64,000 nucleotides of DNA from Raillietiella orientalis (Eukaryota), in contig JAYWIR010000005.1 of the NCBI GenBank assembly GCA_036172245.1, positions 3,348,001 to 3,412,000 of the forward strand, in the 5' to 3' direction. Shown here one piece after another: positions 31,956 to 45,092 of the stretch. Position 1 is the first letter of the stretch. Every line of letters begins with the position of its first letter. The notes below the pieces were generated by a model. It saw only the letters and a program-made list of their open reading frames with translations, was not told where the DNA came from and ran no database searches. A program made the position numbers and the translations under genes.

Positions 31956-31995
31956 CCACCACCACCACCACCAGCAGTAGTAGTAGTAGTAGTAG
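31956..31995. repeat. Compound microsatellite (ACC)n-(AGT)n
   Basis: accaccaccaccaccaccagcagtagtagtagtagtagtagt. Confidence 0.9.
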
Positions 31996-34900
31996 TTACT
32001 CTCCGCGATGATTGGAAAGTTCTCAGTCTTGGATGAGGCTTACCGTTTTCACGTTTCGAATTACCACAATTTTTCAAACTGGCATTGATTGTGCTTTTTC
32101 TTTTTTTTTTTTGCAACATGAATTTTCAGAGTGGTTTGATTTATGTGTAGAAAACGTACGTTCGTGGGATGCTCGTAACTTTGACAAAGAGCACTGTAAT
32201 TTTTTTCATTACGTTATCAAATAGTTACAGGATGTACTCTTTATTTTGTTCATTTTTAACGCTCACTTATTAAATTATTCGAAGGTTTTTTTTCCTTTTT
32301 CCTTTTTTTTTTTCCTTTTTTTTTTTTTTTTTTTTTTACTCTTGAAAGTGTATGCCACCACCTACCTTCCTTCCCTTCGGGGGAAAATGTAATGATCCAA
32401 GCAAGAACGAGTCTTTGTCTTCTGCCATTCGCGTAACAGTGTATAGGATAGCTAGGGGTGGTGTGGGTTTAGTGATGATGTAAATTCGTTGTAAGTTATG
32501 TAAAAAGCCATGTCCCGCTTGTTTTTTTTTTTAATCCCTCTGTACATTTGGTCCACATTACTTTGAAATGCAAAATAATGAAAGTAAGGGAGGTATCAAA
32601 AGATATGGTGAGTATTTTCGGGAGGTGTGAAATGTAATTTTTCGAAAATCATGGTACGCAGGAAAACATGGGAGACCATTATTATTCAGGAACACGAAGT
32701 GTTCCTATGTGTTCCGAGTGTGCCAGTATTTCGCGAATCTTTGTGTGCCGTGCTATGTGGGGTTCTGTGTTGAGCTGATGTGCCTTCGAATAACCTATCC
32801 CTGCCTTAAATTTCCAAGTTTCTATGATTTTCGAGACGTTCCGTAAGTTGGGCAGCCCCTTATGTAGGTCCGTGGATTAAATAAATAGTTCCATTTATCT
32901 CCTGAAGGTAGTTTGACTTTTTTTTTTTTTTTCCACCCCCCTCCCCCTTTTTCGAGAATGTCGAGTAAGGCTGAAAAAGTGGAAGGTCGTTGTCAGGAGT
33001 TGAGTAGTCGGTTTAATTTTGCATGCAAAGTGTGCCCCCCCACAGTCCATGCTTAAGAGAAACATTTTCAGGATGCACAGTTGCAGTGAAAAGTAATTAT
33101 GCAGGCGTGAAATGGTGATCGCCGGCATCTTGTTGCGTTCAGTTCATCCTTTTTGGTATTGATCTGATTTCAGTAACTGCAGTTGAACTGTTTTCTCACT
33201 GTTTTGGGCCAATGCCTCCCCCCCCCCTTCGTTTTTTATTTTGCATCATTTTAAGATCATCAACACTTCCCAGCTAAATGCGTTTTCTGCACGGTCTTTT
33301 TTCTTTTTTTTTTTTCTTTTTTTGCCTCTCTCGCCGATCAAGAAAAAAAAAAAAAGAGGTAAAGAAATTGGCAATGGTGATCCTGGTGTTTTGCAATAGA
33401 GTTACTTGTAATAACGTAGCGGAAATTTAAGTACGAAAGAGTATTTTGAGATATGGGGGGGAGGGGGAAGTGGAACATTTTGTTTTTGTTGTGCTTTGAC
33501 GAGTTGTATTTTGCTGTATATATGTGTCACAGGGCATTTGGGAGAATGCTTGTATACGGGAAACCATTTTTCTGCTTGCCACTGGTACACAGTCAAGGTC
33601 ATGTCTTGTTTTTTTTTTTTGCAAAACCCAATTATTATGGTAATTACTGTATTACCAACTCCACGCCTCTCTGTACGACACGTCACTACAAGAAAGCCAT
33701 GGCAATCTGCATTGGTAGCTTCACAACTCGCCTACACAAGTCACACCAATATTCCGTTACAGTATACCAACACCCAATATTCCGGTATTACACCATTACA
33801 GAAACACACAAGGAAATGACAAGTAATCTTCCGAACAAGCCATGAATTTCTCTTTAAATCATTCATTCGCTGTTTTAGAAAGGGTTTAGATCCAGCGTTT
33901 CATTCAGTCTTTAGATCGGTTCAATTTTTTTGGTTTTTTTTGATATCAGAGAAGGCACCTATAGAAAAAAATAGGTCGAGATTTTCGTACACGCATGTGG
34001 ACACGCTTCCCAATCGAGCTTTCGTGTTTTTTAAAAATTTGTGGGTTACTTAATTCTTCATGCACTCGTTTTCCAAACGTGCTTTGCAAATGCAAGCGTG
34101 ACCTTTTATTCACCGATAAGGTGTACACGCATTCCTCTTAAGTTTAGTGAAAGTGGATGCGAAAATACTATATCGCCACCATATAGTACGGTGTACTGCA
34201 ATCCATAAGGGAAGGGGTTTCATGATTTAAGAGTTTCCCACTTTCATGCGTCTGTACTTTGCTTTCCTGCTTGGCCATCACTACACGACCAGAAGTGCTG
34301 CCGTAACAGCAAAAAAAAAAAAAAAAAATCCAGTAAATTTGGGGGGGGGGGGGATTTTTTTACAGCACATATGGCCTTATTCTTCAAGTACGAAGGTTGG
34401 ACACATCCGCAAACTGAAGATCAGTTCTGCTATGTGCCCAAACCGTTTGAATGCCTTCCGTAGATTGGTGATTGGATGAACACCGTCGGTCGACCGAACC
34501 GGTGTGCCTTGCGTTAGTGGAAGTGTCCAATTCGGGGTGTTCCGCTTTTGTCCGGCAGCTTCTGTGCATGGCATGCCGCAAGTTTTGCTTCAAAGTTTCT
34601 GATCACCCGTGCCCATCGGAGGGCACCATCTCCTAAAAATGGCTCTACTTGCTGATAAAACTACAGTAGATGCTCACATCCATTGTACTTGTACTTTCTG
34701 TATTTGCTCACACAGTTCATTATTTCAAGTGTGCCTGAACGTGTTGCGATCTTGATTGATTGTGATGCATTTACCGATGCTAAGATGTCATGACAGCCGG
34801 CAGCATAACGAAATGGAATATGCAAGCACGTTGAGGGAAGAGGGGACTTGAAAGTGGATCCAAGTTAAAATCGCGCAAGTTTCTCCAAAACGTCCACCGG

Positions 34901-37900
34901 TCTTCGCAGTAGGATCATTTAGCAGTCGAAAGACTTGAAAAGGAAATCGTGGAAGGACTGTTCGAGTTTGCCGGGTTTCAGATTCATGTGTTCGTGTTTC
35001 GAAGAAAAAATAACGAAGAATGGTAAGACGATAGTGTGCGTGCGTATTTCCGGACCTTTGTTTTTGTTTTTTTGTTTTTCTTTTTCTTTTTTTCGACCGA
35101 CCAAAATAGGCATAAAACAGTAAAGTAAGTTTGATACAATAAGTGCCAGGTGGATCTCAAGCGCATTGAACTCTGTGGAATCGTACGTCAATAAACAAAA
35201 GTCGAAAGAGTGCGCGGTCAGTTCGATTTAGAATATCCAGTATATACTGCGACTTTAGCTTGGAGCTGTCGTTTTTAATTTTCCACCTCGACCCATCGGT
35301 GTTTACTAAAAGAGCAGTACCAGCATGGAGAAGAAGAAGAATCCGGTAAAAAAAAAAAAAAGATGGAGCAAGTCTTTCGCCAGCAGAATGTACAAGACTG
35401 CAAACATCTGCATCCGTTTCATTTGTCTTCACCGTTCTGCGCTTTTTCTTCTTCTTAGCGAACATTGATGCAGAAATACCTGTTCATATTCCACTGAAGT
35501 TTTTGCAGTAGCATCTTCATGAGGCAGTTGATTCGCAGTGCTGTATAGTTAAAATTGCACTTTACTCGCATTCTGTTAATATTTGAATAGCCATAGGTGC
35601 TTGCGATGCGCATTTTATTTTCTCTTAGTTTTTATGTGTTATTAGTATTAGTGCCGTAGACTTTTTTTTTTTTTTTAAAAAAAAAAAAAAGAAAGAAAAC
35701 TCCAATATTCCATGCATCGTCGATTTTGTTTCTCATAAACTTTGCTCTCGAGTCTTCCCACGGATGTGATATCGTGCATTCATTTTCATGTAGGTTTATT
35801 TATTTCATTTTTAATTACGTGCATCTTCCGTACGTACAGTTGTGCGGAATCATCCGTAGATTATAGATTTTGACTATAGGAATACATGGTAAACTAGCTA
35901 AGGGTTGGGTACTTTTCCATCTTTTGGAGGTGATACAGAAACCTCAAGTTCTTACTGGGACACCATGATAGGGAGGTAATCTCCCTCTGTCCCCACGTTC
36001 CTTTGAATTTTTCGGGTCTTGCATTCCGTTTGCTGTCATTTATTGGACCTAAAATCTCGAGCAGCCTTGAGCGTGCGGTTGTACCGGCGGAGACTTTTGT
36101 GATTTCCGTACTTTAAGTAGCCAGCAGTACTTGTTATTGGCAAATACTTTGGTTATATTATCTCAAAACGACCACTATCTGCATGGTAGAAAAGCTCGGC
36201 GGAGACGAAATAAGATATTTATGCTGATGACTTCGATATTTGTTTTCGCATCGTTAAGGCATATCCAAAGCGTTTTGTGAATCCAGAGCTTTCTTCAGAA
36301 AGGCAACGGCATCCGTATGGCTTCGGACTTGATCCATAGGATTCTAATGGAAAAAAGTTGATGCGTCCTCTAGCAGCCATATAGGATTTCAAAAGTACAA
36401 GTATAAAATTGATAAAGGTGCGTGTGCACACGCCATTAATGGAACTCCGAAGTTTACTCGGTGGTCTGGAAATTCGTGTGGTCGTTTAATTTTCGTGTAT
36501 TGAAGCTTAGTGGAAAGTGGTGAATCGTAAAGAACGAATGTAATGAGTAAAAAAAAAAGGTGTAGCGATCTGCCAGAAAGCGATGATGACGTGAAATGCT
36601 GAGGTCTACTGCAGTCCATATTAAGAAAAGCAGTGCATTCTCGATGTACTTAATTACAAGTTTATGTGCTGATTATTCAATCAGTAGTATCATTTTAAGG
36701 AATGTGCACGAACACCGAGTTTGCGAAGCGTTTTCGAGTCTTCCATGCTGTCGCCATTATCATTGTGTTTATGCCTCAGTAACGCTGCTCATGTGCAAAG
36801 GATCGGAAAGAAGGACCGAAGAGGGAAGACATGTAGGTTTGTCCGGAGCCTGTAAAAGTGTATAGGTAATTCTGCTTGTTTGCTAGCAGGGACCGTCGTT
36901 TTGTAAGCACGAGAACGTAACTCGATACGGAAAGGTAGATGCGTGGTTGCTTGTAAATAAAGCATTTGAGTTATTTGGCGTTCAGGCTGACTGAAAATCT
37001 ATCGTGATCAGCATGGAAGGTACGTCAAAGTCTGTACGTCAAAGCCAGTTTCCATTCCCTGTGACTTGACGTGGCTGCTAGATCGAGCTGGAAATCGGCC
37101 GTTTTAAAAGTGGTAATGCTGTTTATCATCAGAAATGTGGCGATTTTTTTTTTTAGTGAATTTCAATTTTCATTTTTTTTTTATTTTTTTTTTTAAAAAA
37201 GGTGAAATTCAGTGGTCTACTTGTTTTGTTTTGTTTTATTAGCAAAGTTGGGGTTACTACTGTTTTCCGCGGTTTCGTTTTTTTTTTCCTTCTGTCTTCT
37301 GTTTAGTAAGCTCAGTGTCTCCAAGTAGTTTCCGTTCCTAAACGAATTACTGAAAGTATGTGCTGTACACTTGTGGACATGGTAAGAACTTGTGTTCGTT
37401 ACTGTATTTCCTTTTATTCCTCCCCTTTTAGTCTCGTCCCCCATTCATTAAACAGGCACCCTTAGTCGTGCGGTTCATAAGGGCAATCGCGAATCATTAT
37501 GTGCTGTTTCACCGGAGTGACTCCGTTCCTTTGACGATTGTGTTCATCGAAGATTCACTCTGCCTTACTTTTTTTTTTGCCAGTAGTGTGATTGGTTCTA
37601 AGTGCAAGATTCGTACTCGAGGTTTTTCACTCTTTGTATTGTGCTGAGCACCCGTCCTTACCCGGTGATGTTTGCCCAGATGCATTCGAAGTGCAGTAGC
37701 ATCCACCGATGAGGTGGCTCTTTAATCGTGGAAAATCTGTCTTTGGCCAGTCGCATATCCGGGGTTTTCCAAAGTCATGGAGTTGCATGTTGCTGCATTT
37801 TGGAAGGTGGACTGGTGGAATCAGGAAAACATCATAGGAAGTGAGAATTCCAAGGGACAGTAATTGTCCATGTTCCAGGTCTTAATTACCTGATACGATG

Positions 37901-38595
37901 GCAGTTCAGATGTCGTGATGATTATCGTTCCTAACTTTTTGGTTTATTGGATTGTTTTTGTATGTAAGAAAAAGTTCAGTAAGAGAAACAAGGAAAGAAA
38001 TAGTAAACAGACGCACGTCTCGAGCATGTTGGGGAACGAAATTTGTACACATTAGCGTGTTTGTTAATCAGAGTAGTAATGGATTAGTAACTGCGTGCTA
38101 AGTTTTAAAAAAAATGTGTTGTGCATACGTTTCACAACGTGCTTCGTGTTAGCACAGTGATTTCCGGCAGTTTAATTTTTTTTCTCGTGAAGCGCTGCTA
38201 ATTAGGGACACAAATTTTGCCCATTTAGCCCTTCACCGCAGGAATCAGAGACGGAAAAGAAATTCGTTGCGTCGAAAGTTTCGACTGATTTTGGTGTTTA
38301 TGCTCGCTGGCAATTTGAAAAGCAAACATCGAGTAACTTCGAAAAGGAAGAAATTGAAGTAATTTGTTTAGGAATAATATGCTTCGTGCGGTAGATTGCG
38401 CAAATTTCAGTTTTCCTTTTTTTTTTAAAAAAAAAAAAAAAAAAAAAGAATACAAAAAAAATAGTTTCTTGTCATTTAAAACTTGATGCGTTTACATTAG
38501 GTTTGAATCGGTTAGCAAGTCCGTTTGCTTTACATAATAGTAGTGTTCATGTTTTCTCTGGTAGGATTTTTGTTATGGTTTAATTTTGCTTACAG

Positions 38596-41500
38596 ATTGG
38601 ACCGGCTAAATTATGGGGAGTCAGCGATGAACAGAAAGATGACAGCAATAAAGGAATTTTCAATTTAGGAGATCAGTCATGGAGAGAAACTCCTTGGAAC
38701 GCAGGTAAACTTATATATTGTATTTACGTTGCATACTTCACAATGTACAAGCGCTTTATGCTATGATAAAAATTTCGAAATGAATCCAAGGAGTCCCGAA
38801 AGTTTATGCGAGCACCCTAAAAGTATTCCTTAGCAGAGTTTGAATTTTGTAAACGTTTTGGAGGTAGCAGAGACAAATGAAAAACTACCATCCTGAAAGT
38901 TTAATCTTTTCAGGAATTTTTAAATCCTTGGGGAAAAGATCAGGTTTATATCTACAAGCATGGCTTGCTCTGATGCGTGATCAGTGAAATTATTTTGTTC
39001 TCATTTTGACGCTGCTCACCAAGGTGACACTCTTCTTCAGATCGTAAATAGTGAACCATTTCTCGGATTAGTGCGGTAATTGTGATTTTTAAATCTGTAG
39101 TCAAAAAATTCAGAGGGTTCGGGGGGGGGGGGAGATTTTCTAATTAATTGCTGTGTATTTGTAGCTGTACAGATGATTTCAGATTTACTTCTTCAGTCAA
39201 CCTAGGTCATCTTAGATCTTTATCAGCCTGTACATGTTTTGAAAGGGTTCTTCCCCCTTCTTATTTGTAGGTTTTATAATTATATGCATTAAATTCAGTG
39301 AAAGCACACTTTGGAAAGAACATAATTTTCAGTTCATCCAATGATCGATTTAGAAATTCAAGTTCAAGAAATCTCAGATGAAATCTTATTTCTAGGTTTT
39401 GGTAAGAAATCAAGTTTTAGGCGGTTGTTTACACACAACAGGCAGAAAATTTCTGCAATGATATGGCTTTGATTCCAAATATTGTCGTGACAGAATCAGA
39501 GTTCACACTGGCAATGTTTTTCTCCCCCCCCCCCTTTTTTTTTTTGATTTTTTGAAACCTAAATAGCAATAATCGCTTATGTATGTTTTTTTTTTTTTTT
39601 TTTTTGATTTTCATTCTGAACTGCAGTCTTATTGCTGATAAGAGATGTTCAGAACTTTTTCTTTCATTTGCATGCGGAGGAACGTTGTGCATAATTGTAT
39701 TTCTTTTTGTAGTTATGCAGATGTGGATTTAGAACAACAAACGTTCAATTCATATTCGGGGTCTGACATGCTGGCTGAAATGTACTTATTTAATCTTCAA
39801 GATCGATTTGGTCCAGTATATGAGTTTCCTTTAGATTGATTAAGAGATTTTTCCGATACTTGACAGAACACCGAGTTAGATTGCCATGTTTTTGAGAAGT
39901 CGGATGATTTTGTCAAGTATTCTCCTCCTCTGTTTGCATTTGCTATGACTTCTGTGCGGTTTTCCTGTTACGGATAGATGTCCAGCACGACGGCTCCCTA
40001 TCTGCCGTAGTTTCAGCTTTGATTTTCACATCGCCGCGCCGTGTAGTCTGAAAAATTGAAGATCCTAAATATCATATTTCCTTCCTGGAGGTGCTCATTT
40101 CAAAACTGATGTAATGGAACTAACTGATGTAATGATATTGTTTGAATGAAAAGCCGGCTTATTGTATGACTCGAAATAGCCACCGTCTTAACAAGAATTT
40201 CCAACGTAATTTAGAGATTTTAGATTGTGCGTGTGTGTGCTTTAGGTCAGTTTTTTTTCTCCTGCAAAACTTAACTATCCAGAAATGTTACGTTGAATTC
40301 AAGAAAGTTACTGTTAACATGTGCTTATCGATGATTGCAGAATCCAGGGAAACATAAATCCAGAAAAACAAGGAATCTTATGGCCAAAACATTGATGCGA
40401 AATTCCATGGAAATTTTGTTTGGTCGCATTCGTGTTTCCCAAAATTTTCGCCTAAATTTTCGCAATAGTACAGATGATGAGTTATTGAAATTATGGAAAC
40501 CAGCATTCAATTTTCTGACCAATTTGTATGCTGTTGAAATGACGCATGCTTTTCACTTGCTCGAATACCTTCTTCTTCTGCCATTAATGTCGTGAAGATG
40601 CATAATGTAATGATGAAACTTGCCCTCCCAGAATTCATGGAGGGAAAAGTTTTCATTTGTACTGGTTTATGGACTGCATGCAATTACTCTGAATATCGAG
40701 AAGCTTATTTTTGGTAACACATTTCTGAACTAAGTACAGCTGCATGTAGACAGTAAGGGAATATTCAGTTCTAATAATTAGTTGCTCTGATAGAGCATTT
40801 CATAACTCATCTGCTCACAAGGAATAATAACTGGTTTTTGGAATTTCATAAATACTGTGTTTTGGGAATCTCATCTTCCTGTTTCCGGTGTGGAGCTTGT
40901 TCGTATTTTTATTTTATTTTTTTTTATTCCTGCTGCAATCGTAAGGAACCTCTGTGTTTTTATTTCGTGGTTTGGAAACAAGGAAACGAATGCATCCATG
41001 GAAGTAAACTTCCATGGGTGCATTCGTTGCGATTATGAGATACCTCGCTGTATTTGTCAAGAATAACGAATAATAGTAAAGTAAAAAACGAGGATGGCAT
41101 ACTGGAAACTATAAAAAGAACAATAAATTTATATTTATTTGAACGAAAGCAGTGGCGCTCTTTGTGAATATAATTATTAACAATTAAAATGGATACTTCT
41201 AGCGGATTTGGGAAAAGGTTTCGAGTTAAATCAGACCATTGAGATACGACGGATGTAAAATAGGTGCTTGATTATTCGTATGTTCTTTTATGGACGAAGA
41301 GGAATCACCAAGTTTACTGCAGTAGGAAAATTGAACGTCCTTTCTTATGTATATGAAATCAACTATCATTTTTTCAATTTGCTTTTCCTGTTTCCTCTCT
41401 GTCATTTACCCTTAGATCAATCTGTTTCACAACCCATCACCCTTGTTCCAAGAAGATCTGCCACTTTCCCTTCTGGAAACGCTTCAGCTGATGTGAATAG

Positions 41501-44500
41501 TGTTATGTCTCCACGTTCAGAATCCAGTGGTCTAGGAATGAAGATGGTGGAATATGTTCTCGGGACTAGTCCTACGACCAAAGACATCCTGGAGACCAGA
41601 ATGAGATTAATGGATTTGGTATAAAAGCAGTATACAACGGAACATTCATTTCCAGTTTCATGATAGAATGTGGCTGCAGAAAATGATGCCATCGAGAAAA
41701 CCATGGGATTTGAAAATAGCAAAGGGGATACAGACGCCAGTTCTACGTGCCAGAACAACTGCATGCTGCAGAATGGATTGCAAGATGATGACAAAACCTT
41801 CAAGTTAGCATTCCGCAATATCATAATTTTGATATAGGATATACAATTTAATTGTATTGTGATGGTTTCCCTCAATGTGTGAAATGCATCAATTTTATAG
41901 TAGAACACCGGGAAGTAGGCAGCCCAGCCCCACTAAGGAGGAGCAAATTCCAAAGAACAGCCATGTATCCATCAGCCATGTATCGAAGGTTGATGATCTT
42001 GTGGCGAATTCATTGGTTTCAACAACCACTTCCCTTGATGGGTGTTCAACAAATATGGTTGAACCTACGTTGATCGATCCAGTCTCATATTTTGAAAATG
42101 CCTACAGCTTAATGCCTCCTGTGGAATCCGCTGGCAGTCTACTAACACATGGTCTGAACAGTCAGGTATGCTAACTGTTATGTTATGCATGTGAATGAAA
42201 GTGTGAGTGTGTCCCTGCTTCAACCACTAGACACAGATCACATCTTCCTGTGTCTGGTCTCCAGGACAGCATCTCTAACAATATCCTTCCTATTTGCAAA
42301 GCTCTGCAATTCTGCCAGTCTTCGTCTTTTCCTTCCACTTGTTATCCTGATGTAAGTAATCATCCTTCAAGGATGGTAGAATAGAAACTTTCTGAAATGC
42401 TTGTTTTGACTACTCATTATCAAATTTTTTTTTAGCAACCACAACAGCATTTGTATCGTAATAACCACCAGCCATCCCTTCAGGTTTTAGCACAACAGCA
42501 ACAGTATGTACAGGGGCAACAGTTAGGTAAGTGCATGTTACATGCAGAATTATAATAATAGATAGTAGGCATTCCTTCTGGACCTTATCCGTCATCTCCT
42601 TATGTGATTAACCCACAGGAACCCTACCTCAGTACTCTTATAGCAAGTAAGCAGATTAAGTCATTAGGCAATTTTGCTTTTGTTATGAAGGTCCTGCAAT
42701 GGTTCCACCCTACTATGGCATGACACCTTGGGGGATGTACTCTGCTAATCTCATTCAGCAAGGTACACCACAACAAAGACGATCCATGCCCTCTTCGCAA
42801 ACTAATGAAGTAGTAAATCATAATGGTCTTCCTCAAGTGAGTACAGTCATGTAAGAACTGCAGCGAACTGCTGATATATCAGTTTCAGGAAGGTCAGTAC
42901 CAAGTTATTCCTGCATACTATGATCAAAACGGATCTTTTTTGATGGGTAATCCACGTGCTCCCAATGGAACACCTTTAAGACTGATTTCTCCAACCCCGG
43001 TCATCATCAATGCAGGAGCTCTTAATGGAGGTATCATTCTTTGTTTGTGAGCACTCCTTACCATGTTGGGTGCAGGACAGCAACTTAGTACCAATCCAGC
43101 AGCTGCAGCACTATACAACACTAGTGCTCCTAATTCGTTGTACACTCCACCTAGTTCCTCAGTATCTGGCATTGGTGGCATGCAACCACCAAGTAATGCA
43201 CATCTGAGTGCTTTCAGTAATTTGGGATTACCTCAAGGTTCAGCACTTGGCTATGGAGGTAAATTCTACAGGGTTTTTGGACATCCAAGTCGTATTTCAA
43301 CAGGGCCTGGTAACAATACAACCGGACGTCGTGATTCCTTTGATAGAAACTCATCTGGATTTTCCCCTTCATTAGATTACCGCAGTGGTAAATGGCTGCA
43401 GAACTATAATGCCTTAGGTGTGATCAGGGGGCGTTGTGTTATCAGTTATAAGCCACATTCAGGATCTTTAGGGATATCAGGCAGTTCAACTCCACCACCA
43501 TTATCTAACAGCCCCAGTCTTCCACTTGGTCATTTGATGGGCGTGGGAACAAATCGAGTGTTGCCTGCTACTCCAGGAAGACTTTGGGGGTCCCATCTTG
43601 GTTCTGACTGCAGAGAGTGGGGTACTATCAATGAAAACAGATTGCGCAATGGCGGTCTTACCAATGGAATAATGGGATTGAATAGTATGCTGCCTACTTG
43701 GAAGCATAACACAGTTATTGATAAGCCAGTAGGACGGAGCCGTTTGCTTGAAGATTTTCGGTAATATACTTTTTGATAACATGCTTGCATAATATTTTAT
43801 TAGTGCTTACACACTAACAGAACGAGGCAAAGGAGTGCTCTCATCAGATGAGGAGTTGTGTTCAGGACAGTGGGGACTAGATGCAGCTCAGCATGACGTT
43901 TTTGCAGATGCAAGCAGGTGTGGTAAAGAAAAACAGACCGTTTTAGCTTGAGATTTTTGCAGAAACAGATATCCCAATCTGCAACTTCGTGATTTAGCGA
44001 ATCACATTGTCGAGTTCTCACAAGACCAACATGGTTCGCGTTTCATTCAGTTGAAACTAGAACGCGCCACTCCTGCTGAGAAAGAAATGGTGTTTTCTGA
44101 AGTACTGACTGCAGCTTATAATTTGATGACAGATGTATTTGGGAACTATGTTATTCAGAAGTTTTTCGAATTTGGCACGCTGGAGCAGCGGAACATTTTA
44201 GTCTTGAAGGTACGCCAAAAGTACAAAGGTGCAAATTGCGAAACGTACTTCAGATTTCAGGCCAAGTGCTACCTTTAGCATTACAAATGTATGGGTGCCG
44301 TGTAATTCAGAAAGCCCTTGAATGTACCACAGCGGAACAACAGAAAGATATTGCACGTGAATTGGATGGCCATGTGATCCGTTGTGTGAAAGATCAGAAT
44401 GGCAATCATGTGGTGCAAAAATGCATCGAATGTGTGGAACCATCGGCACTGCAGTTTATCATAGATGCATTCCAGAATCAAGTGTTAGCGTTATCGACAC

Positions 44501-45063
44501 ATCCTTACGGATGCCGTGTCATTCAGCGAATTCTGGAACACTGCAATCCTGAACAAACACGGGCTGTGTTGGAGGAATTGCATCAGAATTCGGAACATCT
44601 TATCCAAGATCAATATGGAAATTATGTAGTACAGCATGTCCTGGAGAATGGAAAGCCAGAAGACCGGGCCAGAATAGTAACTGCAGTACGTGGGAAGGTG
44701 CTGCAGCTCTCTCAGCACAAATTCGCATCCAACGTTGTTGAAAGCTCGGTGGCTCATGCTTCGAGAGCCGATCGTGCCTCACTTGTTGAGGAAGTTTGTA
44801 ATTTTGCCGACGGTCCGCACAGTGGCTTGCATACAATGATGAAGGATCAGTTTGCTAACTATGTTATACAAAAGATGTTGGATGTGGCAGAACCAGCACA
44901 ACGCAAAGTGCTGATGCAGAAGATACGTCCATATGTTCCGGCATTGCGCAAGTATACCTACGGAAAGCACATAATCTCCAAGCTGGAAAAATATTATCTT
45001 AAAAATGGTGCAACAGAACTAAACCCTATAGTTCCACTGGGAGGAACCACTACGGGTCTTTGA
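38596..45063 (+). CDS. pum: Pumilio (PUF-family translational repressor). Core exons 38596-38704, 41416-41618, 41667-41803, 41901-42165, 42436-42526, 42569-42646, 42691-42836, 42889-43030, 43076-43258, 43304-43417, 43463-43760, [43804-43917], 43963-44209, 44254-45063
   Basis: Conserved blocks [66 protein letters not shown] and [10 protein letters not shown]. Eight PUF repeats carry canonical recognition motifs SRFIQ, NYVIQ, CRVIQ, NHVVQ, CRVIQ, NYVVQ, SNVVE, NYVIQ, ending [18 protein letters not shown]. Confidence 0.97.
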
Positions 45064-45092
45064 TTATCACGATTTTTCCCGCAAAAACGTAA

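Noticed and set aside
35661..38447. TnAn palindromic homopolymers (e.g. 35662-35690, 37184-37200, 38417-38447)
   Set aside because: Homopolymers are abundant throughout the window and their lengths are error-prone; no evidence of specific function.
29550..38460. Numerous 60-150-aa ORFs in the large pumilio intron
   Set aside because: Driven by homopolymer runs (poly-K/F/G/P) with no family motifs or consistent splice structure.
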